Source: Bilabrum cf. latius
Lineage: Eukaryota
Direction: 5' to 3'
DNA: 64,000 nt
Assembly (NCBI GenBank): GCA_965178125.1
Contig: OZ237737.1
Location: forward strand, 1,240,001-1,304,000
Under the pieces are notes generated by a model that was not told the origin of the DNA, made no database searches, and saw only the letters and a list, made by a program, of their open reading frames with translations. Shown here piece by piece: positions 26,984 through 39,900 of the stretch (positions are counted from its first letter, which is position 1; the number at the start of each line of letters is the position of its first letter). A program made the translations under genes and the position numbers.

Positions 26984-29900
26984 TTATTCTTGGTGCATGC
27001 CATCTGCTCTCTCTCTATTGCGCTGCTCGATCGCTTGCTTCGCTGCCCACCCGACCTCTTTCAAAGCCTGGCGCGACACGACGTCGTCGCTTGCCCCTAA
27101 AATAGCATCAATCCCTTCCACGCTTGCTGTGTTGGAGACGCCACTGTCAGCAATGAACCGAGCAATGCCGAGCACTCGCCGAAGCCGCCTCGCTTCAGCC
27201 ACAGGGATGGACGCATCACCTGCGAGCACTTCCGCTGCCGCAGCCTCGGCCATGGCCTCCGGATCCTGCAGGGAAGAAGATGCAGAGGCGGCCGCTCTGG
27301 CTGCCTCTGCCTGAGCCTCGGCCTCCAGCCCGCTTCCACTCCCGGGCCCCTTCAAGCTGCCCGAGGCTCCCTGCACCGCAGCTGTGACGGCTCTGTCGAG
27401 GGAGTCCCCCCGCACTCCGTGGGACCGTAGCAGGCCCTCGAGAAGCTCTCGCTAGGTGAGACCCATGGACACCGCGGGCCGCGGGACGCCCGCAGGGCTG
27501 GGCGAGGACCGCACTGACACCCGCGGGACCAGGCTCTGCCTCACTGGTCTGCTGTCCCTGGCGGCAGAGTCCCGCCTGCGAGTCCCCCCTCGCGAGCTGC
27601 TGCGGCTATGCGCAGGCCTGGCGCTGCCACTCGTGCCCGGTCTAGTGCCAGACGAGGCCGTCCCCGCGCGATCCGATTCGGCAGCGAAGCCCACCGCCCC
27701 TTCAAGGTCTCCGGCCTGATGCTTGCCCCTGCCCTTGGAAGATGGCCGGCTGCTGGCGGCAACGCTGCTCCTGCCGGTCCCTCCATGGCGCTCCCTGGAG
27801 CTTGCTTCCCTGGAGCTTGCTTCCCTGGAGCTTGCTCTCCCTTCTCCTTTGGCCTTCCCAGCCGGGCTTCCCTTCGTCTTTCTGGGGGGTGACTCCAGTG
27901 TGGTCGATGCGAGATCGGCTGCGAGCGGCGCGTCCAGCAGCCTCTGCACCAGCCCGCCCACGACGTTGTCCCGCAGAGCCCTCGGGTCCCTGGACGTGCG
28001 TCTCGCCAGCACCTCGTCCGGGGACGCTTGCTCGCTGAGTCCCAGCCGCCGCCGGATCTTCTGCTCCCGGGCAGCCTCCATCACGCTCGTGACCACGGAC
28101 TGTCTCCTCACCGTGCTAGAGACGCTCCTGAGGTTTTCGTCCTGGCCCTGCCCAGCCGCAAGCCGCGACGAGGCGTGAGTCTCGCCCACGCGCTTAGGGC
28201 GCCTGCCACCCATAAACATGGCCGCCTGCGCCTTGACTGAGCCGACTCCGCCTGCCTCGACCACTTCCATAAGCTCGTGCTGGAACTTGGCGATGTCGGA
28301 ACGGACCCTGACGGAGTCACGCTTGGAAGGGGTCTCGCTCAGCTGCCTGCCATCCACGTAGCCATCCGCTGCTACCTCGAGCCCCAGCATGTGGGCCGCC
28401 AGCTTGCGGTCTTCGGCCTTCTTTGCTGCACGAGACGACGAAGCTCCGTTGTCCGCCTCCTTGCCCTCGCCATCTCCGTCCTCGAAATCGTCGCCATACC
28501 CGTCCTCCTCGTCGTCACTACCAGAGGCGAAGGGCTTCCTGGCTGCCTTGGCTTGCTCTGCCCGCTTCGACTCTGGCTCGGGATCAGGAAGCGCTGCCCG
28601 ATCGTGAAGGTACGCAGCAACCTTGGACAGACCCATAGCGTCCGCAGCGCGAGCAGTGGACGGGTTGCATTTCTGCGCCAGCATGTGCATTCGCCGGATG
28701 GCCTCTCCTTCAACGAGACGGAGCACGGCAGCAATGCGATCCTATGGCACGACAACCGAGGAGAGATCGTCCTCGGCCGGACCGTGAGATGGGCTGATCG
28801 AGTATCCGCCGGCGATGCCGCTCATATCGCCTGCTTGGGGGCCATCTGGTGTGGTGCCCTCCATTTCCGGTAAGGCTGAACTGAGCGATATCAGGCTCGA
28901 AGGTGCCACGTCTGCACGTCCCTCGATCGCAGCTTCAACTCTGCTCTTGCTGATCTTCAGCAGCTGGCACATGTGCAACGCTCCCGCCCTCACGTCTCCC
29001 AGGAGCTTGCTGACAAAGTTCACCTGCCTTGCAACTGCCTGGGTCTTGTTTTCTTCCTTGCGGGCCTGTTCTTCCAAGCTCCTGGCATCGCGGTTCAAGG
29101 CAGCACGACCTGCCTGCGCATCCAAAGTAGCCAGCTGCGTTCGGAGCTCCTTGTTCTCTTTGCGCAGATCTGCTGCTCGGGACTCTAGAGCTGTCTGCTA
29201 TCCCTGCATAGAGGTTACGAGGTCTTCGCGCTGCCTCCATCGGTCCAGCAGAGTGGCTGCATCCTTTACTCCCGTGGAATCCTTGAGTCGAGCCATGGCC
29301 TGGAGCTCCTCCTGGTGCTACTCCTCCAGTTTATGCACTTCGGCTCGAGCCGCCGCGACCAGCTCCCTCTCGGACTCAGCCTTCTCGCGAAGCTCACGCT
29401 CCTCGTCGTCACCCATGTCGCCCGCCACAGCGTTAGCTATCTCTAACCGCCTCAGCTCACGCTCCCTTGCATCCTTCATGAGCTTCTGCTGGCGGTCTCT
29501 CTGCTTGCTGATGCGTTCTAGCATGCGAGCTCTGTCGGCCTGCGTGTCATCCCGTGTCTGAAGCAGCTTGGGAAGCACGGAGTTGCGGAGCTCGCCTTCC
29601 TCGTGCCTCAAAGACTCTTCCTCTGCTCGCAGCTTGGCTGCCTCTTTCTCGACCAGCTGCAGAGTCTCCTGCAGCCGATTGGCATAGCCGCCATCGGTCG
29701 CGGGGCTGCGCTCGCACGCCCTCATCACCAGCTTCAGGAACGCCCTCTGCTGCTGCGCGCTCTGCAGCGCGGCAGCGAGCGCTTCAGCGCGATCTTCCAA
29801 GGCACTCATGTACTCAAAACCGCTCGCAATCTCCAGCTTGGTCTTGAGAGAGGCATCGGGCCTGCCCCGGCGGGCTAGAGCGCCTAGATCTGGAGGCGGT

Positions 29901-32900
29901 TTCCTGGAGGCACCACTTGCTGCAGAGGCACCGAGCACAAGGCGACTGCTGTTGTGCCCGTGCTCTTTCGCGCTTTGCTGCTTAGTAGCGTCCTCAATGG
30001 ACTGCTGGATTGAGGTCTTTACCAGTTGCATGGACTCCAGGGATGGCACAGGGAGCGCAGCTTCAGGGTCTTCGTCCTCTTTTCCGGTGCCCGGGCGCCC
30101 ATCATCGTCGCTATGCTGCTTGCGCTCCTGCTGCTCGAGTTTGTACCTCGCCAGTGATGCCGCACCGGCGCTGGAGGCCTCCGTTCCAATGAACTCCGTC
30201 GACTTTTCCCTCAGCTCGTGCAAGTGCCCCTTGGCCTTCGTGACGGCCTCTCGCAGCTGATCCAGCTGCCTGCGCAGAACCAGGACACGAGACCTGGCGC
30301 TCATCAGCTGAACCTCGTAGTCGGTCAGGGGCTGGTCGCTGCTGTGCACTGCCACGCCACGCTTGAGCGCAGCGGCAACCTCAGCCTTTGCGGCGGGGGT
30401 CGCCGCTGCACGGATCAGCTCCTGCGCGGTGGTGGACCCCCCATCGAAGAGCGACGTCGAGCCGCCCACGCCAGGCACGCCCTCTTGGCCCAAGAGTCTG
30501 GACCTCGCTCCGACAGCCTCCGCGGCAGTGTGCTTCTTTCCAAACCGCTTTGCAACTTCCTCGGGCCGAGAGCCCTTGCTCCACTTGCGATTCCTGGCGC
30601 CCGGCTGTCTTGACCTGGACATGCCCTGTTTCTGCTTGGCCATCCGCTCGAGGCGCTTCTGGCCCTTGGCCTGACGCATACCCGTCTCCGCAGCGTCAGA
30701 GTCCGACGCCCCGACGTCTTCTCCATCGGTCCGAGCTGCGGCCTTTTCCTCGTTCAGGTCCAGGGTGCTCGTGCTCTCGCCCTTGCTTGACAAGGCGGCG
30801 CGAAGCTCCTTCCTTCGCTGGTCGGCTACCAGACTCCCGTGACCGTCGCGCGGATCCACGCGATTCTAGGGCGATGGAGCCACGAGAACTTTCGGCAGTG
30901 GATCCGTTGACCTGATCTAGGAGGCTGCCGCGTACAACGGTTGCTCTGGTCCTAGAAGCTGCTCGTCAGTCGCAAGCGCGGCCTTATCGCGCGCAGCCTT
31001 GTCTCGTTCGGCGTGAGGGTCAAGAATAGAACGCATCGATGCAAACTGTCCCTCCGCAGACATGACAGGGTACAGCGGTGTGCCAGGGCTACGAGGATTC
31101 CTGCTCTTTATCGCAGTGCTGCCGGGACTGACGCTGGCACGGTGACCTGCGGCGCCATCCTTGCTGACGAAGCTTCGCATGTGTCCCCGAATGGTACCCC
31201 GGGTCGCAAGCCGCGTGCCTGTACGGCTAGCCGATCGCTTGCTCGGAGGTTGGACAATTGGCTTCGTTCGAGCCTCGGATGGCAGCGCCAGCAGCGGGGT
31301 GCTGGATGCCGGCGGCCACGGAGCAGCTGCTGGCATCGGCACGATCGGCGGATGCACTCTTCGGGTGGTGCGTTTCGCAGCGAATGACCTAGGCGGCTGC
31401 AGCCCCATCCGAGCCCTAGCGACTTCACCCTAGCTGCTGAGCACCTGCTCCATGACGTGCTGCGCATTCGCGAGCGCAAGCTGGGGAAACTGCAGCCACA
31501 CCCAGCGCCGGTACAGGTACTGCCCGAGCGTCGCCTCTGGCTCCGATGCAGCCGGCAACGGAGGTGCCATCTGCAGCTCAATCACCGCCTTGGCGCTCGT
31601 TGCGCTCCCAGGCTTGAGAGAGCTATCGGTATCACCGTCACCCCCGGTGGGCGGCCGCACCCTCACCCCGAGAGCCTCGATGTCCTGCCAGCGAAGCGGT
31701 CGATGCAGGAAGCGGAGCATTTTCGACGGAACACTTGCGATGCTGGATCTGCCGCCTGCGCCGGTCCCCTTTGGCGGGTCGACAGCATCGCGGCTCGCAA
31801 GCTGCCGTGTGCCCGGCCTGGCGGTTTTGCCATTGCCCACAAATCCTGACGTGTCGGCCACTGAATCAGCGCCAGTTCCGCCCTCGCTGTCGTCCCCAAT
31901 GTACGCCTTCTCTGCTTCTCCAAACGACCAAAGAAACTCAGCAATGGTTTCAATCCGCTGACAAGCACGCACGAAGGCTGGCTTCCGTTCCAACATCCAT
32001 TTCTTCAGGCTTTGATCGTAAACTCGCACCGCATCGATCCGAGCAAAGTTGTCTCCGGCACCAGTCGGCAACCAAGCCGTCGTGTATCCTCGTCGCCTAT
32101 TTTCCTTGGCGCTTTTCTAGGCGGCGTGGCTCCTTTGGTCCTTTGGAACCATTGCTTGCTTCTCGTATCGATGCAGCGTGTCCTAGACACCCGCCATACC
32201 GTCAGTAGAAACATCTATGGCACTTGACTTGCTGGGCAACGCACCAAGGAGCAAGCTGCTGCAAGCTATCGCATCTGCAGCAGTAGCTCCAGCCGGTAAG
32301 ATCGCATGCTCGGCCTTTCCCCAGTCCGGTGGCATTCCAGCGGAAGGGGGAGGCGGCTCCCGGTCTAGGTCAGGATCAGCGGGATAGTGCAGGTGGTTCT
32401 GCATCTCGCGAGCCAAGTCAAGCACCGTGGGTACACCTCGCGATGGGTCTTGGCTCGCCACCGAGGAGCTAGCCCGAATTGCAGCGTCAATTGCGGAATC
32501 TTGGGTCCAGGCCAATGCCTCACCGGCAATGGAGCCGATTGAAGCCACGAGGTGCGTGGGCGGGGCCGTGGACAGCCCCGTGGCTGACATGCTGGCCCCA
32601 ACAATTCCATAGCACATCCTAAGACCGGAAGCAGCTGCAAGAACTGGCGGCAGCTGCGACTCGAACGGGTCTGACGGCGCAAAGAAGGCCGCAGCCTCGT
32701 GCGGCGGCGGCTTAACGCTACCGATGAGATCAGATGCGAGCTACATGGTCGGTGATTCCATGCAGCCGGGCATCGCTGGGGATGGCATCATCCCACCACC
32801 GTCTCTATCCCCGGCGCCACTTCCAGGAAGTGATACCAAGCCTATTTCAGCGGCAGCACCCGACACGCCGCGCGCTACCCACCGGAGCCACGGTAGGTGC

Positions 32901-35900
32901 CGAAGTACGGGGCCGGCCGAGTGAAAGAAATCAGACCATTCGGCGTTCATCGCACCCACCGGTCCTCCCTCGAGCGCAGGACAGAGAAACGCCATCTTGG
33001 CCCGCTGTGCCTCCTCGTCGGCAGACCCTGCTCGCCCCATCTGAGCCCCGGTCGCACCGCCGGCGACCATTAGGGCACCCAGCTGCAGGTTGCCCTCGGT
33101 GGAGCCGCCCACGTTGAGCACGCCCCGGGAGCCCTGCCCCGCACCCCTAGAAGACATGCTCCCGCGAGACGCGATCGAGCGCTCACCATACACGATGCCT
33201 TTCTTGAAGCCAGCCGTGGCCGGGTCAGCTGGACCAGCGTCGCCATCGTCTTCATCGCTCCAAGACTACGGCAGACTGTGTGCCCTGGCAAGACACATCC
33301 ACGCCTCGATCAAGTCGTTCCTCGTGTCGCTTTCCGCCCACATGTGCTCTGCTTCGCCCGTGTCTCCCACAACTCGAGCAAGCGCTTCCCAGCGCCTCCC
33401 CTGCTTCAGCAGCCAGGCCACTTCCCGAGACCTGCGTAGCAACGATGGTGACGCTCGAAGCAGCTCACACAGAGCGGAGCGAAGGAGCGGCAGTCCCCTG
33501 CCATAGCTCAACAAGCGCCTCCACACCACAGACCTGAGAATCGCTCGACCAGGAGGCAGAACGAGCCGGATGGCGGTGCCAGACACTTCAAAGACGGTCT
33601 GCAACACGGCTCGCAGGTTCCTCATGAGCTTGGAGAGCGTCCACTGCGGCAGCACAGGCAACTGACCGGTGGGGCTGCTGCCGAAGGACCCACCTGGCGA
33701 AGTGGATGCGCTACCCACTGTGCTGCGAGGCTCTTCTATGTCATGGTTTACCCTAGATGAGCCTCGCTTCTTGTCAAGCAGCTTGGCTCGCTTGCCTCGG
33801 GGGTCCTCGGCGTGGTACTTGGCAAGCACGCCGAGATCGTCGCGCACAAGCCTCGGAAACAAGGCAGCAAGTCCGGCCCCCAGCTCCGAGTCGGTGAGCC
33901 CTGACCTGGCCCCGTACAGCAAGCACAGTGCGGCAGGCAGCATGGGTCCCAGCCCCCTCTCGCTGAAGCCGTACGCCTCAGCTTGCCTGCCCGCGTTGGA
34001 GCTGCCAGCACCCGGCCCTGGCTTCGATACCGGATAGCCTGCCGACAGCGTCGTTAAAACTCGTTCCATAAGATCGCGTGCCCCCGTTGCATCCAGCCAA
34101 GACCGGATGCATGACTCGGCATCCAACCCGAGAGCGCTTGCCGCCCAAGCCCCCTGCCACAGATACCTGTGGAACAAAGCCACAGTCGCAAACGGGTGGG
34201 ACACGATGCGGCAAATCGTAGCTATGCTCACGCCAGACCACTCGTTGGACTCCATCGCATCACCACCTAGCTATACTTGGCCCGATCGCCCAGTCGCACT
34301 GCTCCCGAAGAAGCGCGACTTTGGGGAGGGCCGACCTCCACTCACCGGCAGCATTCTCGTTGAATCCGCTCGTCGCAGAGTCTCGATGGCACCCATGGCA
34401 CGAAGCAGGCGACCAAGCTTGGCCTCTGCCGCTTGTAAAGCAATCTAATTCACTTGCAGGTCGTTCGGTGCAGCAGTAGCTGCGGGGGGAACAGCCGGGG
34501 CCGACCCCCTGCGAGGAGGAACAGCCGGTTTCTTGGGAGGCGGAGGCCGGTCCGACTGCTGGGAATCGGTTCTGCCCTCGGCCTGTCTTGAAGCATTCCT
34601 TGCGCTGGCCTGCTCCTTGCTGTCCTCGAAGTCTTCGTCCTCGTACCCGCTCTCAGAGCTGTATCCCCCGTCGCTATCGTCGTCAGTGTCCTCGGCTCCT
34701 CTGCCTGAGCCAGTATCGCTGTCGGTTCTTGCTCGAGACAACTTCGGCTTAAACGCACCAGTCTTATTACCCTTGTCTCGGCCCCCTGCTTGGCGCATGG
34801 CTCCCGCCAATGCGCCGCCCATCAGCGCACTCTAGCGGCCCTTGAACTGTAGCATGCCGGTGCTGCTTCGCCGGGCATGTGAGCTTGAATGCCGGTCGGC
34901 GTCCACGGAACCGGCGCTAGAGGTCGACATGGCACTCCCACGGCGCCTACCTTCCGAGTCTGCATCTGATCTAGAGGTCGCAGGCAGCCTCGGGTGCTTG
35001 CTAGGCGTTCTGCCGCCGCGCTGCGATGGGCCGCGCCCGAGAGTACCCAGCGCTGCGCTTCCTTGCTTGCTACCGCCACCTCGGCTGTTCCTCTCCTTGC
35101 TCGGAAGAAACACAGAAATGGCCTGCTTCGCAGCCGCCTCCACCGCCCTCATCCCTGCGTGGCCAAGCACGCTCGCCACCGATGCCAGCCTCGCCTCCAC
35201 AGCAGACCACGGCCCGCAGCCCACGAGTGGCCAGTCGCGCCTCGCAATCTCAGCCAGGCTGTCGTCCGAGGGATACCGTAGCAGGCCGCCTTCCGCCTTG
35301 CTGCCGCCCCCCCTGGTGCCATCCCTACCGCGTGATCCCGCAGACTGCATTGAATCCTGAGCAGCCTGCCGCTGAATGAGCATGCGGCTGCTGGACCGCT
35401 GCACCCGCGAGAACGAGTCGTCTGGCCTGGCCCTGCCAAGCTGCAGCCCGGCCCCTTCCGCTTGATCGAGCTTGCATAGATCTTGCAGGATTTCCACGTC
35501 ATCTAGCGATGCGGTGGCAGTGGCAACCACCCTCACGTTGGGTGGGAGGTGCAGCGGAAGCCACTTGAGCCCAGTGAACACCTCGGATCGAAGCCGGTTG
35601 ATCCCGACGATGCACAGCACGAGTTTACCCCTCGAGGACGCGCGCTCCAGCACCCTCGCGAACTGCGACGCGAGCCGCCTCTCGTCCCAAGCAGGCTCAA
35701 ACCCAAGCTCAAAGAACGTGGATGCTTCGTTCACTACGTGCCGCAGCAGCCCCAGCACCGTCCTGCTTTCCCTCGACGCCCCTGTGACGTGAAGCACGAC
35801 GCACTCCTTGGACCCCCCCCCGGGCACTAGCAGTGCGGGGTCGGGCACCTCCATGGCATCTAGGCCACGCCATTGAAGATCCAAAAAGGCCTTGTTGTGT

Positions 35901-36823
35901 CCGCTTTTCCCGTCCGACAAAGCAGCGAGCCGCTACTGGCTGAGTCTCTGGACTCCCAGGTGAGCCGAAGCGATGGACATCCAAGCCCTCGGAGGCAAAA
36001 AGGCGGGGTATCCCTGTGTGACGTGCCATGACGACGAAGCAGAGGGTGAGCCCTGCGAGCTTGGAGTGGGCAAGGCGAAGGACACGCGCTCTGAAGCGCG
36101 GTGACCCCCAGCTGGGGAGCTGCCGCGCTCGCTGCTGCCGCTGCCGCTGCCGCTGGACGCCGAGCTGGCGGCATCTCCCGCGCTATTCCCGGTGCCACCA
36201 GGTCGCACGGCTTCCTGCTTGTCTCCGCTCGAGCTGCTAGCTGCGAGTGCAGCCCAGTAGGGAGTACCTCGTTCCGAGCTGCCGTCAAAAGCAGGCAGCG
36301 CAGCTCGTTGGGCAGGCGTGGTCGGGTCGCCAGCGGCTACTTGCGAGTTTCCCGACTGCGGCCCCCCGATAGGACTTCGCAGCGTTGAAAGCACGCTATT
36401 TTCCTCAGAGACACCTTGCGCCGGGCCACCGTCTCCACGACGACCTGCATCGCCAGCAGACTGAGCAATCGAAGCTGAGCGTCCCGCAGCTCGTGAATTT
36501 GAAACCATCCTGTGCGCTGCCCAATGGCTCAATGCCGCCCCCTTGCCAATACCAGACTATCCCACCAGAAGAAGTGGCGGCCGTGGCTCAGCTATCGTAT
36601 CAGGGTCGCAGTGATGACTCAGCTGCACAAGCATCCTTCGGACCGAAGGCAGCTGGTGCACAAACAGGGGCTGTTGTGTGTGGACCATGGCAGCAGCGTT
36701 ATGAATCGCAAACTCTCGTTCGAGGCTTCCGTTGCGCGGCTGCTAGAATGCGGTTGGTGGCACCTAGCGTTTCGTGAAATCAACGGAAGCATGTGCTGCA
36801 GCGCCGCTGCCACTCGACTTCAT
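26984..36823 (-). CDS. Intronless 3279-aa protein: degenerate NACHT-like P-loop domain (NPHP3/TEP1/NWD type) plus a C-terminal long coiled coil resembling outer-dynein-arm docking complex subunits
   Basis: Twelve track ORFs share one frame, joined only by TAG (18 counted). ATG at 36823, TAA at 26984. Walker A-like LLLVG*SGIGKG; Walker B region LVLCIVGINRL..LKWLPLHLPPNVRVVAT; LLYGARSGLTDSEL; RRSREVAWLLKQGRRWEALARVV; coiled coil AMARLKDSTGVKDAATLLDRW. Confidence 0.75.
27792..27836 (-). repeat. 15-bp coding tandem repeat x3 (ASSRE)
   Basis: tccctggagcttgct repeated three times on the + strand. Confidence 0.9.
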
Positions 36824-36980
36824 GATGGATGTGGCCCTTAGGCAAGCAACGCACTACTGAGTTCACAAATATCACCAAGTCCCAACCTATTTTTACACAG
36901 TTTCTGCGCTCAGGCGCTAAATTGCGAGGCAAAATAGAGTCGCTAACCGATACGTATCAAACTGCACGTTATAAACAGAA

Positions 36981-39900
36981 CGACGCCCTGACGTCGATCC
37001 CACACAGTGTGGCCGAGTGCCTCTGGAGTCCCGGCGGCGGAGGAACTGCGCTTCTGACTACTCCGTACGATGCATTTGAACCACTCGTGGTAGGCACGGG
37101 TAACCTCTTCGGGCCGCCAGAGCACTTAGGCTGGCAGGGATGCGCGTAGCTCCCCCTCGCCGTTCTAGCTGGCCTAGACCCCAGCTCCACCATCATGCAC
37201 ACACTCCGCACCTATTTTGGCGAGGAAGGGGAAGGAATCCACGGGCTTAGCCTGCGAGGACTCACACTGTCAGTGATGGCCCTGGCACAGCAGCGAGGGG
37301 GTTCAGTGCGACTCCACCCAGCCGACAAAGAGGGGACCAGCCTTGCCAACTGGTGTGAGCGACTCAACTCGGACGCCACCGATGACCAAGCGATCCAGGG
37401 CACGATGAATATTGCCATCTCCCGCACCCACTGTGAGGTCTTCATCCCTACAGGAATCAATCCGCCGGGTGGACACGGGTCCCGGAGGCACGCCTGCCTG
37501 GTGCTGCGACCTGAGCAACGGGAGGAGGAAGGAGATGCGGATGCCAGAGTTGTGCGTACGCTGTCAACGAGAGGGGAACTGAACGAGGAACCGGTCATGG
37601 TCCTATCAGTCCGCCCAGGAGACCAATGGGAGGACGGAGTGACCGGGGCGGAACTGCTTGGAGCTCTCCGGGTGATGCTTACGGATGAGCAGAGGACCGA
37701 CAGGACCTGGATACCGGAGTGCTTCCCCTGGATCAATAACCGCAATGCGGTAGTGGGGGACCGAGAATCTGTGTGGTTAGTCGCCCCCGGGACAAGCACG
37801 GCACATCAGCCACGAGGCGTCCAAGGTACTCGCGGGGGCTGGGATCAGATCAGGATCATGGACACGACCCCGCCCAAGTACGTCAGGATTGCAACCAAAA
37901 ATCTGGGACGCAAAGGGAACCTCGAAGCGATGGAGGTTGCCCTTACGGAGACCAAGATGCCCGATGTGTTTGTTGGCACGGAGACACAGGATGCTAGAGG
38001 ACGCTACGTCACTGACGTCCCGGACCTGTACGCGATGGAGACGAGGGCAGGAAACGGAGCCCCACACGGGGTATGCGTCGCCGTCAAACGAGATTCAGGC
38101 CTCGTACTGAGACGGTGGGCAGACATGGGAGATGATGACCTGGATGCGCCGGACTGCCTCGTATGTGACGTCCTGCACCACGACCGACGCATGCTGACGG
38201 TGATAGCCTGCTACAACCCACCGCAAGGGGCTGCCCTCGGGGCAGAGACAAGGGGCTCAGTATTGGGCAAGGCTTTCGTGGTCGATCCCCAGCTGACCCT
38301 TGGACAGCGACGGAGTCAAGGACCGGCAGGCAATTTCACCAGGGACCGACTTGTGGTTACCGGTGACTTCAACCCGACGTAGGCCCGGGACCAAGAGGGA
38401 GCTGGTCAGATGGACTGGTATCTGGAGAACGACATGGGCATGATCGACATGTACCGAGCACCTGCAGGGGGCGGGCCTACGCACAGAGGAGGCAACACAC
38501 TGGATGCCATCTGCATCTCCACTTCTGCGCAGCTGCAGCTAGTGTCCAGTGAAGTGGCTCAAGAGCCAGGCACATATTCAGACCACACGGGGGTGATTGC
38601 AGACCTGCTGGTCACAGTCCCAGAAGTGGAGGACCCGGCAACGCGAGCAACTGCAGTCCCAGCAACAACGGAGCAGGACGATGACGCCCCCTTCAGGGCA
38701 GCGTACTCACGGGTGTCCGACATGCATGTGCAGCAAGAACGCCTGGTTTGGGACTATTACGTCAAGGAATTCGGGTAGGCTACAAGTGCAGTCCGCGACA
38801 TCACTCATTGTGTGCTCGACGCAATTCGCGACCTCAAAAGCTCGACGGGAACCTCGGCTGACCGAGAGGCTGCAGGGCAAGCGGTTACGCAGGCCGTGTC
38901 CTCCGTCAAACTGCTCCTGCAAGGATGTTTCACGGCAGCAGCCGAGACTGTTACAGGCCGACAAATGGCAAACACCGGCCAGGCCGGGCACGTGGAAGCG
39001 TCACGCAAGCGCCACCGCAGGACCTGGGCGGCACGGACGAGATGGGCTGAAACGTGGGGAAAAGCCCATGCCAGCCTCAAGGCCCTTATCGCGGGACCAA
39101 CCACGGAACAAGCTCTTTCAGAGGCCAGAACATGCTTGGCTGCACATCGCCGAGCCAGCCTGCGCCTCGAAGGGCGACAGCGGGGGCTAGATGGACGGAT
39201 GCAGGCAACACTCTGGGGGAGCACAGAGGTGAACCAGTAGGCCCATGAGGGACAGGAGTACTGGACGATGCTCCTTGCCAACCTGGACCATGATCGACGG
39301 GCTGTCTTCGAGACCACCGAGCGAGGGGCACGCAGGACGGGCCACGCACTGCGGAACATGCTGGGAACAGCAAGTCCGAGGGAAGCCCACCGATAGATCG
39401 CTGATGCAATCTCTAGAAGGCAACGAGCTGCACCAGGACTGGAACCAATCACGAACCTAGGCGGAGAGGTGCTTACGGCCGTCGAGGATATCCTAGAGGC
39501 ACACGCACAGCAGCTCTCTCACGCAGGTGGGAATGGAAGTGCGGATGTGGGCGGATTTATGGCCAGGATTGCGCCGCACATGCCCAGGGCAGCGACACCG
39601 CTCAACCTATTCTGCAGGTCGAACGCAGAGGTGGATCAAGCACTGGACAAGCTCAAGCACAACAAAGCTGTGGGACCTGATGGGATCAGGGCGGAATTGC
39701 TGACCAAATGCTAGCCATGCTCTGAGGAGGACGGGTGTCTGCGGCGAAGTGACGCTCTGTTGGACCTCCTCAGGGCCATTTATAATCTCACACTCTTCTC
39801 GGGGATTCAGCCTGAGGCCTTTCAGGAGGGGTTCATGCGGCCGGTCTCCAAGCGCAAGCAGGGCACAGGAGTCACAGGAGTCGACGAATTCAGGCCAATA

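Noticed and set aside
36908-36915. gctcaggc (also at 42714-42721) as the TSD of the full-length LINE
   Set aside because: The 3' copy does not abut the tail, and an 8-mer match can be chance. The tccccc at 37151 is an equally weak alternative, so the 5' boundary is left unresolved.
36829-37194. Upstream in-frame ATG 36829 as the LINE ORF start
   Set aside because: It lies 6 bp from the divergent host gene's ATG in AT-rich promoter-like sequence. It is probably a chance open frame, made likelier by having only two stop codons.
37430-37475. 2A-like ribosome-skipping peptide in the LINE N-terminus (GINPPG)
   Set aside because: It does not match the DxExNPGP consensus.
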